This document shows, piece by piece, positions 23,742-36,100 of a stretch of DNA of 64,000 nt; position 1 is the stretch's first letter, and each line of letters starts with the position of its first letter. Source of the DNA: Monocercomonoides exilis PA203 (Eukaryota; Protista; Preaxostyla); the NCBI GenBank assembly GCA_001643675.2, contig LSRY02000030.1, positions 868,001 to 932,000 of the forward strand, in the 5' to 3' direction. The notes beneath the pieces are model-generated. The model saw only the letters and a list, made by a program, of their open reading frames with translations. It did not search any database and had not been told where the DNA came from. The position numbers were made by a program, and so were the translations under genes.

Positions 23742-26700
23742 TTATTTTCTGTTGTCCTTCCGCGCAGGCTGAGAAGCACGAGACAATTTAGACGGGGGAG
23801 CCATAACCAGTCCAGCAGGTATTTTCATTCCAGAGGGAGTTCTCAACACCGGCTGAGGATGTGGTGGAAGCTTTGCCTTCTGAGAAGAATTCAAAGAGCG
23901 ATGAAATGACGCGTGTGATGAATGATTCAACGAAGAAGACGAAGACGAAGACGATGCTGAAAATGTGGCAGAACAAGCCAAACTGGAAGAATCAGCAGAT
24001 GAGGTGGATGATTGCGAGGGGAGATTGGAAGCAGAAGAAGAGAAAGATTGTCCAGTTGAATTTGTACTTGGATTTGATTGCCCCTCTGTTGCATTGTTGT
24101 TCGAAGCAGAAGGCTTTGAAATTGAAGAAGTCGAAGAAATCGATGGAGCTGTTGAAGAAGAAGAAGAAGAGGAGGAGGAGGAGGAGGAGGAAAAAGTAGA
24201 GGAAGAGCTTGAAACAGAAGCAGAGGATGATTGAGAGGCATCTGCAGAATTATGAACAGAAGCAGCAAAGTTCGAAGAATCTGATGGCTTTGTGCTTGCC
24301 AATGAATTTGGATAATTCCCTCTGTCGTCTCTTCTTTTGCTCCCTCTCCGTTCTTCAAGCTGATTGCCAGGTTGTTTGGATAAGTTGCTAATATCTCCAG
24401 GTGAAGTGGCTGAAGATAAAGGAGGATGAGGACAAGGAAAAAGAGTCGGACAAGCAGCAGCAGAAGAAGAAGGCTGTGCACCAGATGAAGATAAAGAAGT
24501 TGGATTTGAACTGTTTGAAGGAGGAGGAGGAGGAGAGGAAGAAGAAGAAGATGAAGAAGATGCATTTGGAAATGTTGGATGTGGAGAAGAAGAAAGCATT
24601 TGAGATGATCGTCCATAAGCATCGTGCACTTGTGCTGTCATTTTCGAATTAGAAGAAGAAGAATAAGTCGAAGAATTAGATGCCTGTGGATAAGGCGGGG
24701 GATAAGCCGGAGAGAAACTTGCAGAATTGTTCTGAGCGTAGTTCTGAAGAGCAGCAGACTGCTGAGTCGAATGTGACTTTTGGTAAATGTGAGCTGACTG
24801 AGGTGATTTGGGGGGAGTGGTGCTGAGATTGGGAGACACAAGAGGAGAGGACGAAGGCATTGTGGAAGTGATAGCAGAGGAAGGAGCAGATGAAACAGCA
24901 GAAGGAGAAGGAGATGATGAAGGAGATGATGAAGGAGATGAAGAAGGAGAAGGAGAAGGTGAAGGAGAAGACCCTGCAACAGCTCCAGCGGAGTGAGAAG
25001 AAGCGAATGAAGGCAGAGAAGAGAGCGAAAACGAGGTGATTGTGGATGAAGCGATTGGCGGGGTGCCCAGCGAAGAGGGAGGCAGTGAAGATGAATGGAG
25101 CGGCACCGAATGCGATGCGATCTGGTTGCTGCCCGCAGACTCTGACTGCTTCGCCCCGTCGCTCCTTCTGCTGCTGCCATCCAATTCCCGCTCTTCCTCG
25201 TCTCTCTCCTCTTTCTCTTCTCTCTCTGAAGACGAGTGCGTCGGCGGTGTCAGCACAGCGGTGGTGTCTGTCGTGTGTGTCTGGTGTGATGCCAAAGACA
25301 ACTCAGTCCTGTTTGTCGACGGCGTCGGCTCGCCCCGGTCGCTTCTCTCGCTCCGCTCGCTGATATCGCTCACCTCGCTTTTCGTCGATGTGTTTCGCGC
25401 TTTTTCTGTCCTCTGCTTGTCCTTCGAGCCTTCTCTTTCTCTTTCTCTTTCATTCTCGTTTTCTGAGTACAGCTGGTTCTTCGTCTTCCACCTCTCCTCT
25501 GAATGCGGCCGCTCCTTCTCCTTCTTCTCTCTCTCGCTTGCCTCGCCCTCTCCGCAGCCCATCTTCATCTCGCGCTTCATCTCCTTCTCCTGCTGCCGCT
25601 CGAAGATGTCGAACGGGTCTGTCTGCGTCGAGCGGCTGGAGGAGTCGCTTCTGGACGACGACAGCGTCGACCTGTCTGTTCTTTCCTCGCGGTCTGACTG
25701 AGGAGGAGTGGTGATGGAGGAGTAAGTGGTGGGCCCAGTTGCAGAGCCTGCAGGGTTCAGAGCAGCGGAGAATGCAGAGGAAGAAGGGGCCGACGATGGA
25801 AGTGACGAGGAAGGATAGGCGCCAGACAGAGAAGAGGACGATGAGATGGGAAGCACACAAGAATCAGCAGCTGAAGCAGGCGAATGAGATGGAGCTGCAG
25901 AAGTGGGAGGCAATCCTGATGCGTAGCACTGGGACGAATTATGAGAAGAAGCAGACAATGATACAGAAGGTGACGAAGATGTAGATGCTTGAAATGCTGC
26001 AGCTTGAATGGTTGTTGACGCTCCATTTGAATGTTGAGGGAAAGATGTATGAAATGAAGATGAAGCTCCTGTTGAAGAAGACTGAATTGTTGTGCAAGGA
26101 AAGGATTGGGAAGATGAAGTCGAAGTAGCCTGAGGAAGTGTTGAAGGTGCAAATGGAGGGAGTGTCGAACGAAGGTGATGACGTGAATGACGCTGACGAA
26201 GAGCTTCTGGAAGTGATTGAATTATTCTGTTCACAAAAAGCATCGTCTTATCGACACTTTCTTTAACAATTCCTTCAAACGAGGAATAAGCCGGAAAAGA
26301 AATGATTCGAATACACAAAGCCACATATGAGGAAAGAGGGTGAGCACGTGGGACTAGATCTGTTCGCGAAGATCGGCTTTTTCGGCTTGATTCATCTGCT
26401 GTCAATAACACTTCAAGAAGATTTGTCAAAGAAGTAAGCAAATCAAATGTTGGACCAAAAAACGAGGTCAAAGGTTGTTGAAGTTCTGTTTGAATATACG
26501 TGCATGTATTTTCAAATGCAGGAGTGAAAATTGTAAGCAAAGGAGCTCTTGTATGATGATGACCTATCCAATTGATTTCAGAAATCGGCGAAGGACAATT
26601 AATTATTTGAGAAACAATTATTGTGAATGTCGACATTGATCTAACAATTAATTTCTCAAGAAATAATAGACGCTCGGTTGTAAGGTCTCTTCTAAAAAGC

Positions 26701-26985
26701 ACTGATATCAGAGAGTACAACGGAGGCAAAATTTCTGGTGCATGTCTAATTAATAAAAAATAACATTTTTATTAAGATATTTACAAAAATTGCAGGAATT
26801 CAAGTGTTTTAAGAAATAATAAAAAATTTTTTAAACTTGACGCTGCATTTTGTAAATTTAGATAAATGATGTTTCAATCTTTTTAGAATAGGTGGGGATG
26901 TTTGTTTTTCATCGTTTGGAGCAGAAGATATTCCAACAGATATTTTAGTAAAGTCAGTAAGCGTGTTAAAAATTGAATCTTCCAT
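23742..26985 (-). CDS. ~1050-aa unknown protein: helical N-terminal domain plus a long Ser/Pro-rich disordered region (2 exons)
   Basis: The 995-aa ORF 23742..26729 extends in frame to an exon starting ATG at 26985 (MEDSIFNTLTDF...) through an ~90-nt GT-AG intron near 26746-26836. Confidence 0.7.
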
Positions 26986-27172
26986 ATATTTTATCTTATG
27001 GGAAAACGAAATAATACAATTATTAATTAAAAAACTTTCGTTTTCAGTTATTCAACCACTTAAAAGATTAAAGATAAACAAACAGCATCATTATGATATC
27101 AAAATATTTTCTTGCATTCATTATAAATTACATTTTTAAGCAAAAAAAATATCTCTGATAAAAAAAATTATA

Positions 27173-29215
27173 GGGTGATTTATAAACCCGAATATTTTTT
27201 TGTAAGCCCGAACAAAAAATAAATGAATTTATTTTTGTATGTTGTGTATTGATTTCGTTTTTTAAAAAAACATAAATAATAAATATAATCAACTAGCTCT
27301 CGTCTCACAATTTTTCGAGTATTTCTTTCTTTTTTTTCATCATCAGAAAAATCATCATTGAAAATTTTCAATAGGTTGAATTTTCTTTTTTTCGGTTTTT
27401 CATCTTCAAACAATGCCTTTTCAATTTCTTCATTATCTTTTTCTTCATTTTTTGACTCTTTTCTTTCATCCTTTTCTTTTTTCCATTCAATTAATAATTC
27501 TTCATAGGAAATTAATTTTCCAAAATAATCAAACCTTTTTGTTTTTTTCTTCAGAGTGACGGAAGGTTCTTTTGGCAGCTTGGCTAACACTTCATGCCAC
27601 TGATGTGACAGAACTCCGCTCTTCGCAAATGATGATTTTATTGTAGAAGGCAACAAAGAAGTTTGCAAAGCTTGTGGAAGCACATCGGCTAGCGCTTCTC
27701 GTCGCAAAACAACAGAAGAAGAAGAAGGTGCTTCATAATTAGCATTTATTGTCTTTTTAAAAACAACAAACACTCCACGATCCAAAGGCTGTGCGATGTG
27801 AGTGGTGTGGGGCACAAAGGTGACCACATCTATTGAAGAATACGCAAACTTCTTCCTAAAGTCAGGCTGCGCTCTCGATGAATGCGAATCAAGAAGGAGA
27901 AGGCAACGTTTTTCACTCTTCTTCAAAGTTTCTCTTCTTTGTGTGATCCCTGGTTGCAACACTTCTTCAGCATATTTGAGAAATAGAGCTTCTGTCATCC
28001 AGCCTTCATTTTCGCTGCAAACATCCAACTGCGAACTCAAAACTAGTCGAAGTTCTTCAGGCAGTTTCCTGCTAAACCACAGAACGATGCTTTTTAGGGA
28101 GTAGCCATCATCTGCAGCTGCAACGACGAGAGTCGCATAAGGCATATTCATTGATGTTTTCGAGAAACAAACAGGCATATCGGAAGGATGAAAAACAAAA
28201 GAAGAGAAAGAATCAGAAAGTCGAAGAGAAGATTCATCAATATTGAAGATGAGGTAGTTCAAATAATGATGGTGATAATGAAAGTTTTGATGAAGAGTGA
28301 AAAATGGTAGAAGAGTTTGCTGATTTGATGCAGAGAGCCTTTGGATGTCGACATTTCGAGGATGAGAAGCTTTAAGTTCGGGTTTCCTTTTGGTGTATTG
28401 ATAGGGATATCCTTTAGAAATGTTCACTTCTTCATCTACTTCGTTGAAGTCGTCTTTTTTCCTATCGTTGATAACAGTGTTCATCTGAACATAAAAAATT
28501 GGTAAACAAAACAAATAAAAAATTGTGACAAACAAATTTTCTCATTTGCGCAGCTTTGTGACTTGTCCCACTTTCACATTCTATTTTCAGTACTCCAAAC
28601 ATCGTTTCCTTTTCTTCCGACTTGAATAATTCTGGTCTTCCATTTTCCCATTTCTTCCTTCCATTTTCCACAGCTGAAACTGCCCGATCAATTGCAGAGC
28701 GAATGAATTCCTTCATGTTTGCAGCAGCAACAACCCGAACTTCTCCATTAGAAATAATTGTTGCAACTCGTTCTAATCGATTTTCAATTCTTCGATATTC
28801 AAATGACATCATTTTTTCTCGAAGAATTAACTGTCCACGTTCTTTTTTGTTTTAACAACACTCATATCAAAAAAAATTTTTGGTAATGATCATTTTTTCA
28901 TTTTTTTTTAAAAAAATGTTATTTGAAATGAAAAAAAATCAAAAAAATTTTTTTTTCGACCAAATTCTAACTTATTAATACCCCTTGCTATTACCTAATC
29001 TCCTCAGGGGAGGCACTAATCAGAGATGGAGGAGCGAACACCCCCATCTACCCCCCCCATCAGAGATTATGTGTAGTAATTTGATCTTAATTTCTGAATA
29101 CTGACTTTTTATTATATACTCAAAACAATTAATAAAATATAAAAAGTGGGTTGATTGAACATATAAATAAAAAAATGTTCGGGTTAAAAAAAATATTCGG
29201 GTTAATAAATCACCC
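27173..29215 (-). mobile_element. pogo-type transposon, copy 2, inverted and diverged
   Basis: Same TIRs (one mismatch in the left TIR). TA at 27171-72 and 29216-17. Colinear with copy 1, including the intron. Confidence 0.95.
27180..28865 (-). pseudogene. Damaged DD35D transposase
   Basis: The homologous ATG at 28865 reaches TAA after 12 codons (frameshift). The native stop is lost, so the frame reads into the TIR. The three catalytic Asp motifs are retained, and a rescue ATG exists at 28812. Confidence 0.75.
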
Positions 29216-29216
29216 T

Positions 29217-29825
29217 AAATCAATTTCGAAACGAAATTTTTTTTATTTGTGGAATGAATAAAATGTGTGTGGGTTTTTAAATTCTCTTTATTGATGTTTC
29301 ATCAGTTACCTTTTTTTACTAATATTTGAAAAATGATGATTTTTCACAAAAAAAAAAATATTCATTCCTTTTCGTTGAAAAAAATATGATTGGAGTTAAT
29401 TCAAAAAGAAAAGAAATTCATATTCATATAAAAAATTGATGTTTTTCTATTTTTTCACCAAAGAAACTTAAAAAAAATATTGGTGAAAAAATTCTTGTTT
29501 TTTGTTATTCAATAAAATGTGATTGATGATTTGCTATTTTTAATTGGTTATTAAAAAAAATGAATTTAATAAAATATTTTTTTCATTTGAGTGATGATTT
29601 TCGAAAATGAAAAAATATTCAAAAATTGATTAATTGATTGTTTCAATTTAAAAAATAGGTTTTTTTGAGATTTTATATTTATGTGGTTAAAAAATTGCTA
29701 AAAATTTACTGAAATCCATTCACAAAATATATTTTAAAATTTTGTGATAAATCAATTTCGAAATTGAAATATTCTTTTTCGAAATCGAATTATTCTTTTC
29801 CGATTTAGAATTGTTTTTGGTATAT
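29217..29825. promoter_or_regulatory. TTCGAA-array noncoding module, copy 2, with its left arm interrupted by pogo copy 2
   Basis: Inverted homology to 3800..4370. A triple array at 29753-29822 lies ~280 bp upstream of ATG 30101. Confidence 0.5.
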
Positions 29826-30100
29826 ATGGGAAAATATTTTTTTAAAAAAAATATAACGATTTGTTCCAAACCTTTTCAGCTTTCAAATCAAAACAATTCA
29901 AACATTCTGATGCATAAATATTCAGAAAAATTTAAAAACTGAGAAATTTATTCATAAATTCAGAATTAAAAAAAAAATTTAAAAAGCAAAAATGTTATCT
30001 CTTATCAAAAGAGATACCATCATAGTTTTTCTTTTCCCATTATAAAAAAGATTAATAACAAAAAGAATAATCTTATTTTTTTCGTCGATCCAGAACAAAA

Positions 30101-33100
30101 ATGTTGTCAGGAGTGGGGATGCCTGTTTACAGTGTATTTTTTCTTTGTGTGAATCTTGTTGCCACCACCGGAGACTCGAGCTGGATTGGAGAAAAAATAG
30201 AAAAAGAAGAAATGATTAAAGTGGATAGAAATATGCTTCAGATAAACAAAAATCCTTCAAATGATGGTTTGAATAATTATGAAGAAGATGGTGGAAAACT
30301 GATCGATGAAATGAAAAGAAGTGAAAATGAAGGAAGAGATTTTCATCATGATGAAGAAAAAAGCAAAGAAGAATATGGAAGAGAAATTGGAATTTCGAAG
30401 AAAGCTGACATTTGCCAATTTAGTGAAATTGAGGGTTGCTTGGAATGCTTCAATTCATCGGTCATGGAAATGGGCTTGATTTTGAGAGAAAAAGGAACAA
30501 AAAGGATTCTCATTGCGAAAAAAGGAAGCATTGTTTCGATGAAAGAGTGCATTCTTATTGTTGGGAAACATTCTCCTCCGATAGAACTGGAAGGGAGTTT
30601 TGGGTCATTTTTGAACATTTCAATTCAGCAAAATGTTGAAGGTTTGAATGAATTTCCTCCTCTTTTCACTTCTGGACAATTTGACAATGATATTTCAAAG
30701 TCATCCATTATTTCGTTGGGTGAATCTCATTTCTCTTCTTTTTGTGTGTCATCAACCCCATTCCTCTCTTCTCACTTTATTCCTCTTGTTTCCCTCTCCC
30801 AACTAACATTTTTCAATATTTCATCAGCACCTGATTCATGCTCATCTCCAACCACAACATCAACCCAAACCACTTGTATGATGAACAGTTGTTCATTCTT
30901 ATCAGTCTGTGATGCGTATGATGGAGGGATTGTTCCTTCACTCAACAACCCCTCGGCCTCTTTAACTGTTTCAAACACCTCCTTCGTTGGGTGCAGTCGG
31001 ACAAGAAACGTTGAATGCATTGGAAGCGAAAGCGATAAGAGACATCCGGAGAGGCAGAACGAAACAACTGATGGAGCGAATTCATTTATTTGGTGCGAGT
31101 GGAACGGATCGAAGACAACTGGAAAAATTGATTCGTGGGAGGATGGAGTGTCAAGTGGCGGAGCAATAAATGTGTTCAGTTCGGAAAATGGAGAACTTTT
31201 TGTTTCTCATTGTGTATTCAATGGATGTGTGGCATACAGTCGGGGTGGAGGAATCATGTGCTATTCGATTCGATCTTTTCTTATTGAAAATTCTTTGTTT
31301 AATGAATGCCATGCAGAAAGACATCATGGAGGAGGGTTATATGCAAGTTACATTTCTTTAAACACTCGAATCAGTGGATGCAAATTTCAGAATTGCAACG
31401 CATTCGACTATGGAGGAGGATTGCTATTACAGTTATTTCAGGTTTCTGGAACAGAATGCATTGGAGCAGAAAATTGGGGAGGTGAAAGCACATGTCTGTT
31501 TGACTGCAGTTTTTCTTCATGTTCAGTGACACATATATATGGTGGAGGCATTTATTGCAGGCATGCGCCTGAACAATTCAAAATGAGGAATATTCAGTTT
31601 ATTTCATGTTCAGCAGAGCGAGAGGGAGGAGGATTGAGGATATTTCCAAATCAAGCTGCAAGACCAAGTGATGGATATTATTGTTGTTTTTTGTTCTTCC
31701 ACGAATGCAAATGCTTTATTAATCCTTCAGACGGTCATGATGTTATGTATTATGATCGCCACAACCTTTTCTTATCTTCAGGCAATCCGTTCTATGAATG
31801 CTATACAACAAACACGAATGAACAGAGAGTATGCTACGGATATTGGACTAGTGACTGGGAATATCAGAACATTGAAAAGAAGGAGTGGCTGAAGAAAGGG
31901 ATTCTTAATCGATTTGTGTCCGTGAGAGGAGGAAATTCAGAAGAATTTTGTGGGGCGAATGAATCATACACATGCCAAACTACTGGTGTTGCAGTCATTC
32001 GGAGCACAACACAGACGATTCTAATGGTCACCCTGATGGAAGGGAATCACACAAGCGAGACAACAACAATTGAAATTGGAGAAAAGAAGATTTCGGTCAA
32101 TGGGAAAGGAAGGACGGAAAGTTCGATCGGAACAGGAGCACTTTCACCAACTTTAGCGCTGTTCAGTGTGACAACAGGTCACCTTGGTTTATTGCACATG
32201 AAAGTTGATTGCAACTCAAATGCAAGTCCTTCGCCGAGTGTGGTTTTTGTGTCTGATGGGAGTGGGTCACTTTCGTTGGAGGATGTTGTGATTACCACGA
32301 GCAATATTGGAGAATATATGATATCATCGTCAGTGTTTGTGGTTCCACTGTCGCAGCTATCGATGGTTGGTGTGGAGATCAAAGATATGAATGCGTCAGA
32401 ACCATTGTTCACTGAACCTGTTTTATCTTCTTCTTCATTATCTTCATCTGCCCTGTTTTTGACAGCCACAGCATCAGGAGAGAGTATTCTGGCGAACTTG
32501 TCTGTGAAGAATGTGAGGTTGATTGAAGGAGATGGGGTGGTAGCGGCAAAGAGTGTGGCAGAAGGGGAGACATTTGTTGTTCAGAATGTGACAATCGAGG
32601 ATTGTGAGAGCAAGAATGGCAGTGGAGGAGGGATCAAGGTTGATCTATTGTCACCCACAAGCAAGCTTCAAATTGATTCGGCAACAATCAAGAGATGCAC
32701 AAGTTGGAAATATGGAGGAGGGATGATGCTATATCTGGCTGACAACTCGATTGACTTCTCGATTGTGTCAGTTGACTTTTCAGGGTGTTCTGCTTCATTG
32801 GGGGGGAATTATGTGTTTGTGAATGGGAGCAATTCAGCGAGCTGGGGAATAAGCTCCTCAACGCTGAATGTCCAGCATGATGAATCAAAATACAATGAGC
32901 TGGTGGGATATGATCGGAGTGACACAACAATGAGGCTGTTCCCACTGAATGTGTATTTGGACAGATATTCAGATGCAGCACATGTGGGGAAGGGGAAGGA
33001 TGGGCTGGGTGGATACGACTCGTGGTTCTGTGGGTTTGACTATTATCCGTGTGCCACCATCACGCATGCAGCGCAGGTGAGATATCCCGACACAAACAAG

Positions 33101-36100
33101 AAGATCGAATTGGATTCAGGATATGAGCTTGCTGAGGCAGTTGGAATGACAGACTCCTTTGAATGGGAGATTTCATGTGCAACAAAAGGGATGGAAGTTG
33201 GGGTGAAAGCACCAGAGAATTTTGAGTCATCTTGTCTGATTGAGGTGTTGAGCAAATGCTCAATGAGAAACATCACGTTTTGCATTCCATCTGCTCTATC
33301 TGGTGCATCATCATCATCTCTGATTTCATCCAACTCCACACTCCTCACACTCACTGACTGTTCTGTTGTTTGCTCATCAGAGAATTCCATTGGATATTGT
33401 TTTGTGAATGCGATTGGGGGAAAAGTGAAAGTGGAGGGATTGGTGATCACAGAGACCTTGAGATTTGGAGAACATTCAGTGATTGAGTTTGGTGAAGGGG
33501 TGGAATCAGTTGTGTTTTGTGGATGTGAGGTGAACAACATTGAGAAGAGCAGTGGAGATGGAGGATGGGTGAGTGGAGTAGTTGGAGCAGAGGGGGATGA
33601 GGAGAAGAATGGGATGATTGTAATTGAATCGTGTGTTGTGAAGGGGTGCAGGTGTGTTGGTGGAAGAGGAGGAGGGATGAGTGTTTTGGTGAAGAGAGAA
33701 GGGAGTGTTGTTGTGAATGGGAGTTGTGTGATTGATGGGTGTGAGGCGAAGGGTTCAGAGGGAAGTGAAGGGAGAGGAGGAGGGATGATGATATCAGTGA
33801 GGAAGGGAGGGAGTTTGGAAATGAAGAATGTGAAATATTCAGGGTGTGAAGTGCCAAGAGAGGGTGTTGAGGAAGGAGGAAGAGGAATGGGAGGAGGGAT
33901 GTTTGTGAAGCTGGCAGATGAGATGGGGTCCTTTGTGATGGAAGGGATGGAATTTGAGGGATGTGATGCCTGGAAAGGGAAGAATGTGTTTGTTTCGGGA
34001 TGGGATCTGAGTGAGATTGCGAATGAGGAGCATCTGAAATGGGAGATTAAGGAAGAGGAGTTGGGATCATTGGATGAGTTGTGTGGGTGGGAGAGGAAGT
34101 CAACAGGAGAGGAGGGATATGTGATTCCACTGGTTGTGTATTTGTGGAGGAACTGGAGTGGGGATGGGTTTGTTTCGAAGGAGAAAGGAGGAGACTTCAG
34201 TGGGTGTGGGTATTCCGAGGCACCATGTTCATCGATTGATCACTTGATATCACTTCGATATCCAACACTTGGAGAAGGAGAAACACATATTTCCATTGTG
34301 GGATCAGGGTTGCTGAGCCATTCCATTTCATTTTCATCATCAATTTCAGAGTCACCAAAAGTGGTGATTGAAGGGACAAAGAAAGGGACAGGGGTGACGA
34401 TCAGTGATGAAGATGAGAATGATTTGTCTGATGATGGTTCAATGATATCATCGAATGTGAGTCTGTCATTTGTGAATGTGTCATTCACCAAGCCAGCCAT
34501 CACAACCCATCATTCAGTGTTGATTGAATCCTCTGGAGCAAACACATTATTGTCAGTGTCAGATTGTTCATTTGGCCCAGGGAGAGGGGTGGCAGAAAGT
34601 TTTGGATATTGTGTGATGAGAGTGAATGGGGGGAGTGTTGTGATTGAGAGGTGTTCGTTGAGCTTGATTTCAGAGTTGAAAGGGTTGATTGCGTTCAGTC
34701 CAAGTGCACACGAGGTGACACTTCAGAATGTGAACATCTCATTTGTCGATGTGACAGAGAGAAGTCTGATTTCGATGATGGAAGAGGAAAACCAGATGAA
34801 TGGGGAAAAGAAGGTGTTTTCAAATGGAAACAGACCAGTTCTGAGGGTTGTTGGGTGTTCATTTTCCAATATCACAAACGAAGGGATTGGAGCAAGTGTT
34901 ATTGATGTGGGATCATTTGAGGATGGAGTGGAGTGTGTGGTGGATGAGTGTTCGATGTCGAGTTGCAAGAGTGGTTTGAGCATTGAAGGAGGTGGGATGA
35001 GAGTGGTGCTGAAGAGTGGGGAGTCGGTGTTAAAAGTGAATGGGAGCTCGTTTTCGATGTGCAAGTGCTCGAGTGAGACAGGGTGTGGAGGAGGGCTGTT
35101 TATTGATGGATCTGACCCACATGCGAATTATGGAAATGAGAGTCAGATTCCGCCTCTGAATTTCAAGATTGTGAACATCCTGTTTGTGATGAATGAGGCA
35201 CATGTGGGGAAAGACATATTTGTCAGATGCCACTCGATTGCTCACCAGATCAACGAAACACTGTTTGCGCTGAACTACAACCAGGAGTCACTGAACTCGA
35301 ACAACTCGATCTATGGGAGGGATGTTTTGAGCGAGGGAGATGTTGATCTGATTCCGCTGATCACATTCTATTATTCGGCACAGGTGTTTGTGAATGGGAG
35401 AGGGAGTGATGGGAGGGGATGTGGGGCACAGAACAGTCCGTGTGTGAGCATTGACTGTGGGGTTGGGCACATCGAGGAAGGGGTGATGAATGCGATTCTG
35501 ATTGATGGAGAAGGGTTTGTGAGGAAGGAGTGTGTGATTGGAGATTTGGTTGTGAATTCATTGAAAAAGACACAGGGGATTGTTCGGCTGAACTCCAAGA
35601 TTGAGAAATCAGCAGAGAAGGATTGTGTGATGGAGTTTGTGAATGAATGTTCAGTGGAGAGATGCTCATTCCAGCTTGAAGATGGATTTGAGTCAGCTCA
35701 CAATTATCTCATGAAAGTGAAGAATGGAATGACAAAAATACAGGAATGTGAATTCTTCTCTTCCTCAACAACAGTTGAGCTCATGAAGTTGAACTGTTCA
35801 ATTGTGAGTGTGGAAAGTGGAGAGTTGAAGATATTTGATTCAACATTCAGAGATATTTATTCAACAAAAACAATTCTTTCATTCCATGAAGAATCGAATG
35901 TGACAATTGTTGAAACAAGAATATCGAATATCAATTGCGAGGGAGATGTTGTGAGTGTTGGAGGGAAAGCGAAAGTGGAGATGAAGGAAATGAAAGTTGA
36001 GAATGTGACTCTATTGTTGAAAGGGTGTGTAATTGGGATGGAAGAAGCTGAGCAAGAGGTGAGTGTGCTGAACAGCTCATTTGGGAGATGTGTGAATTCG

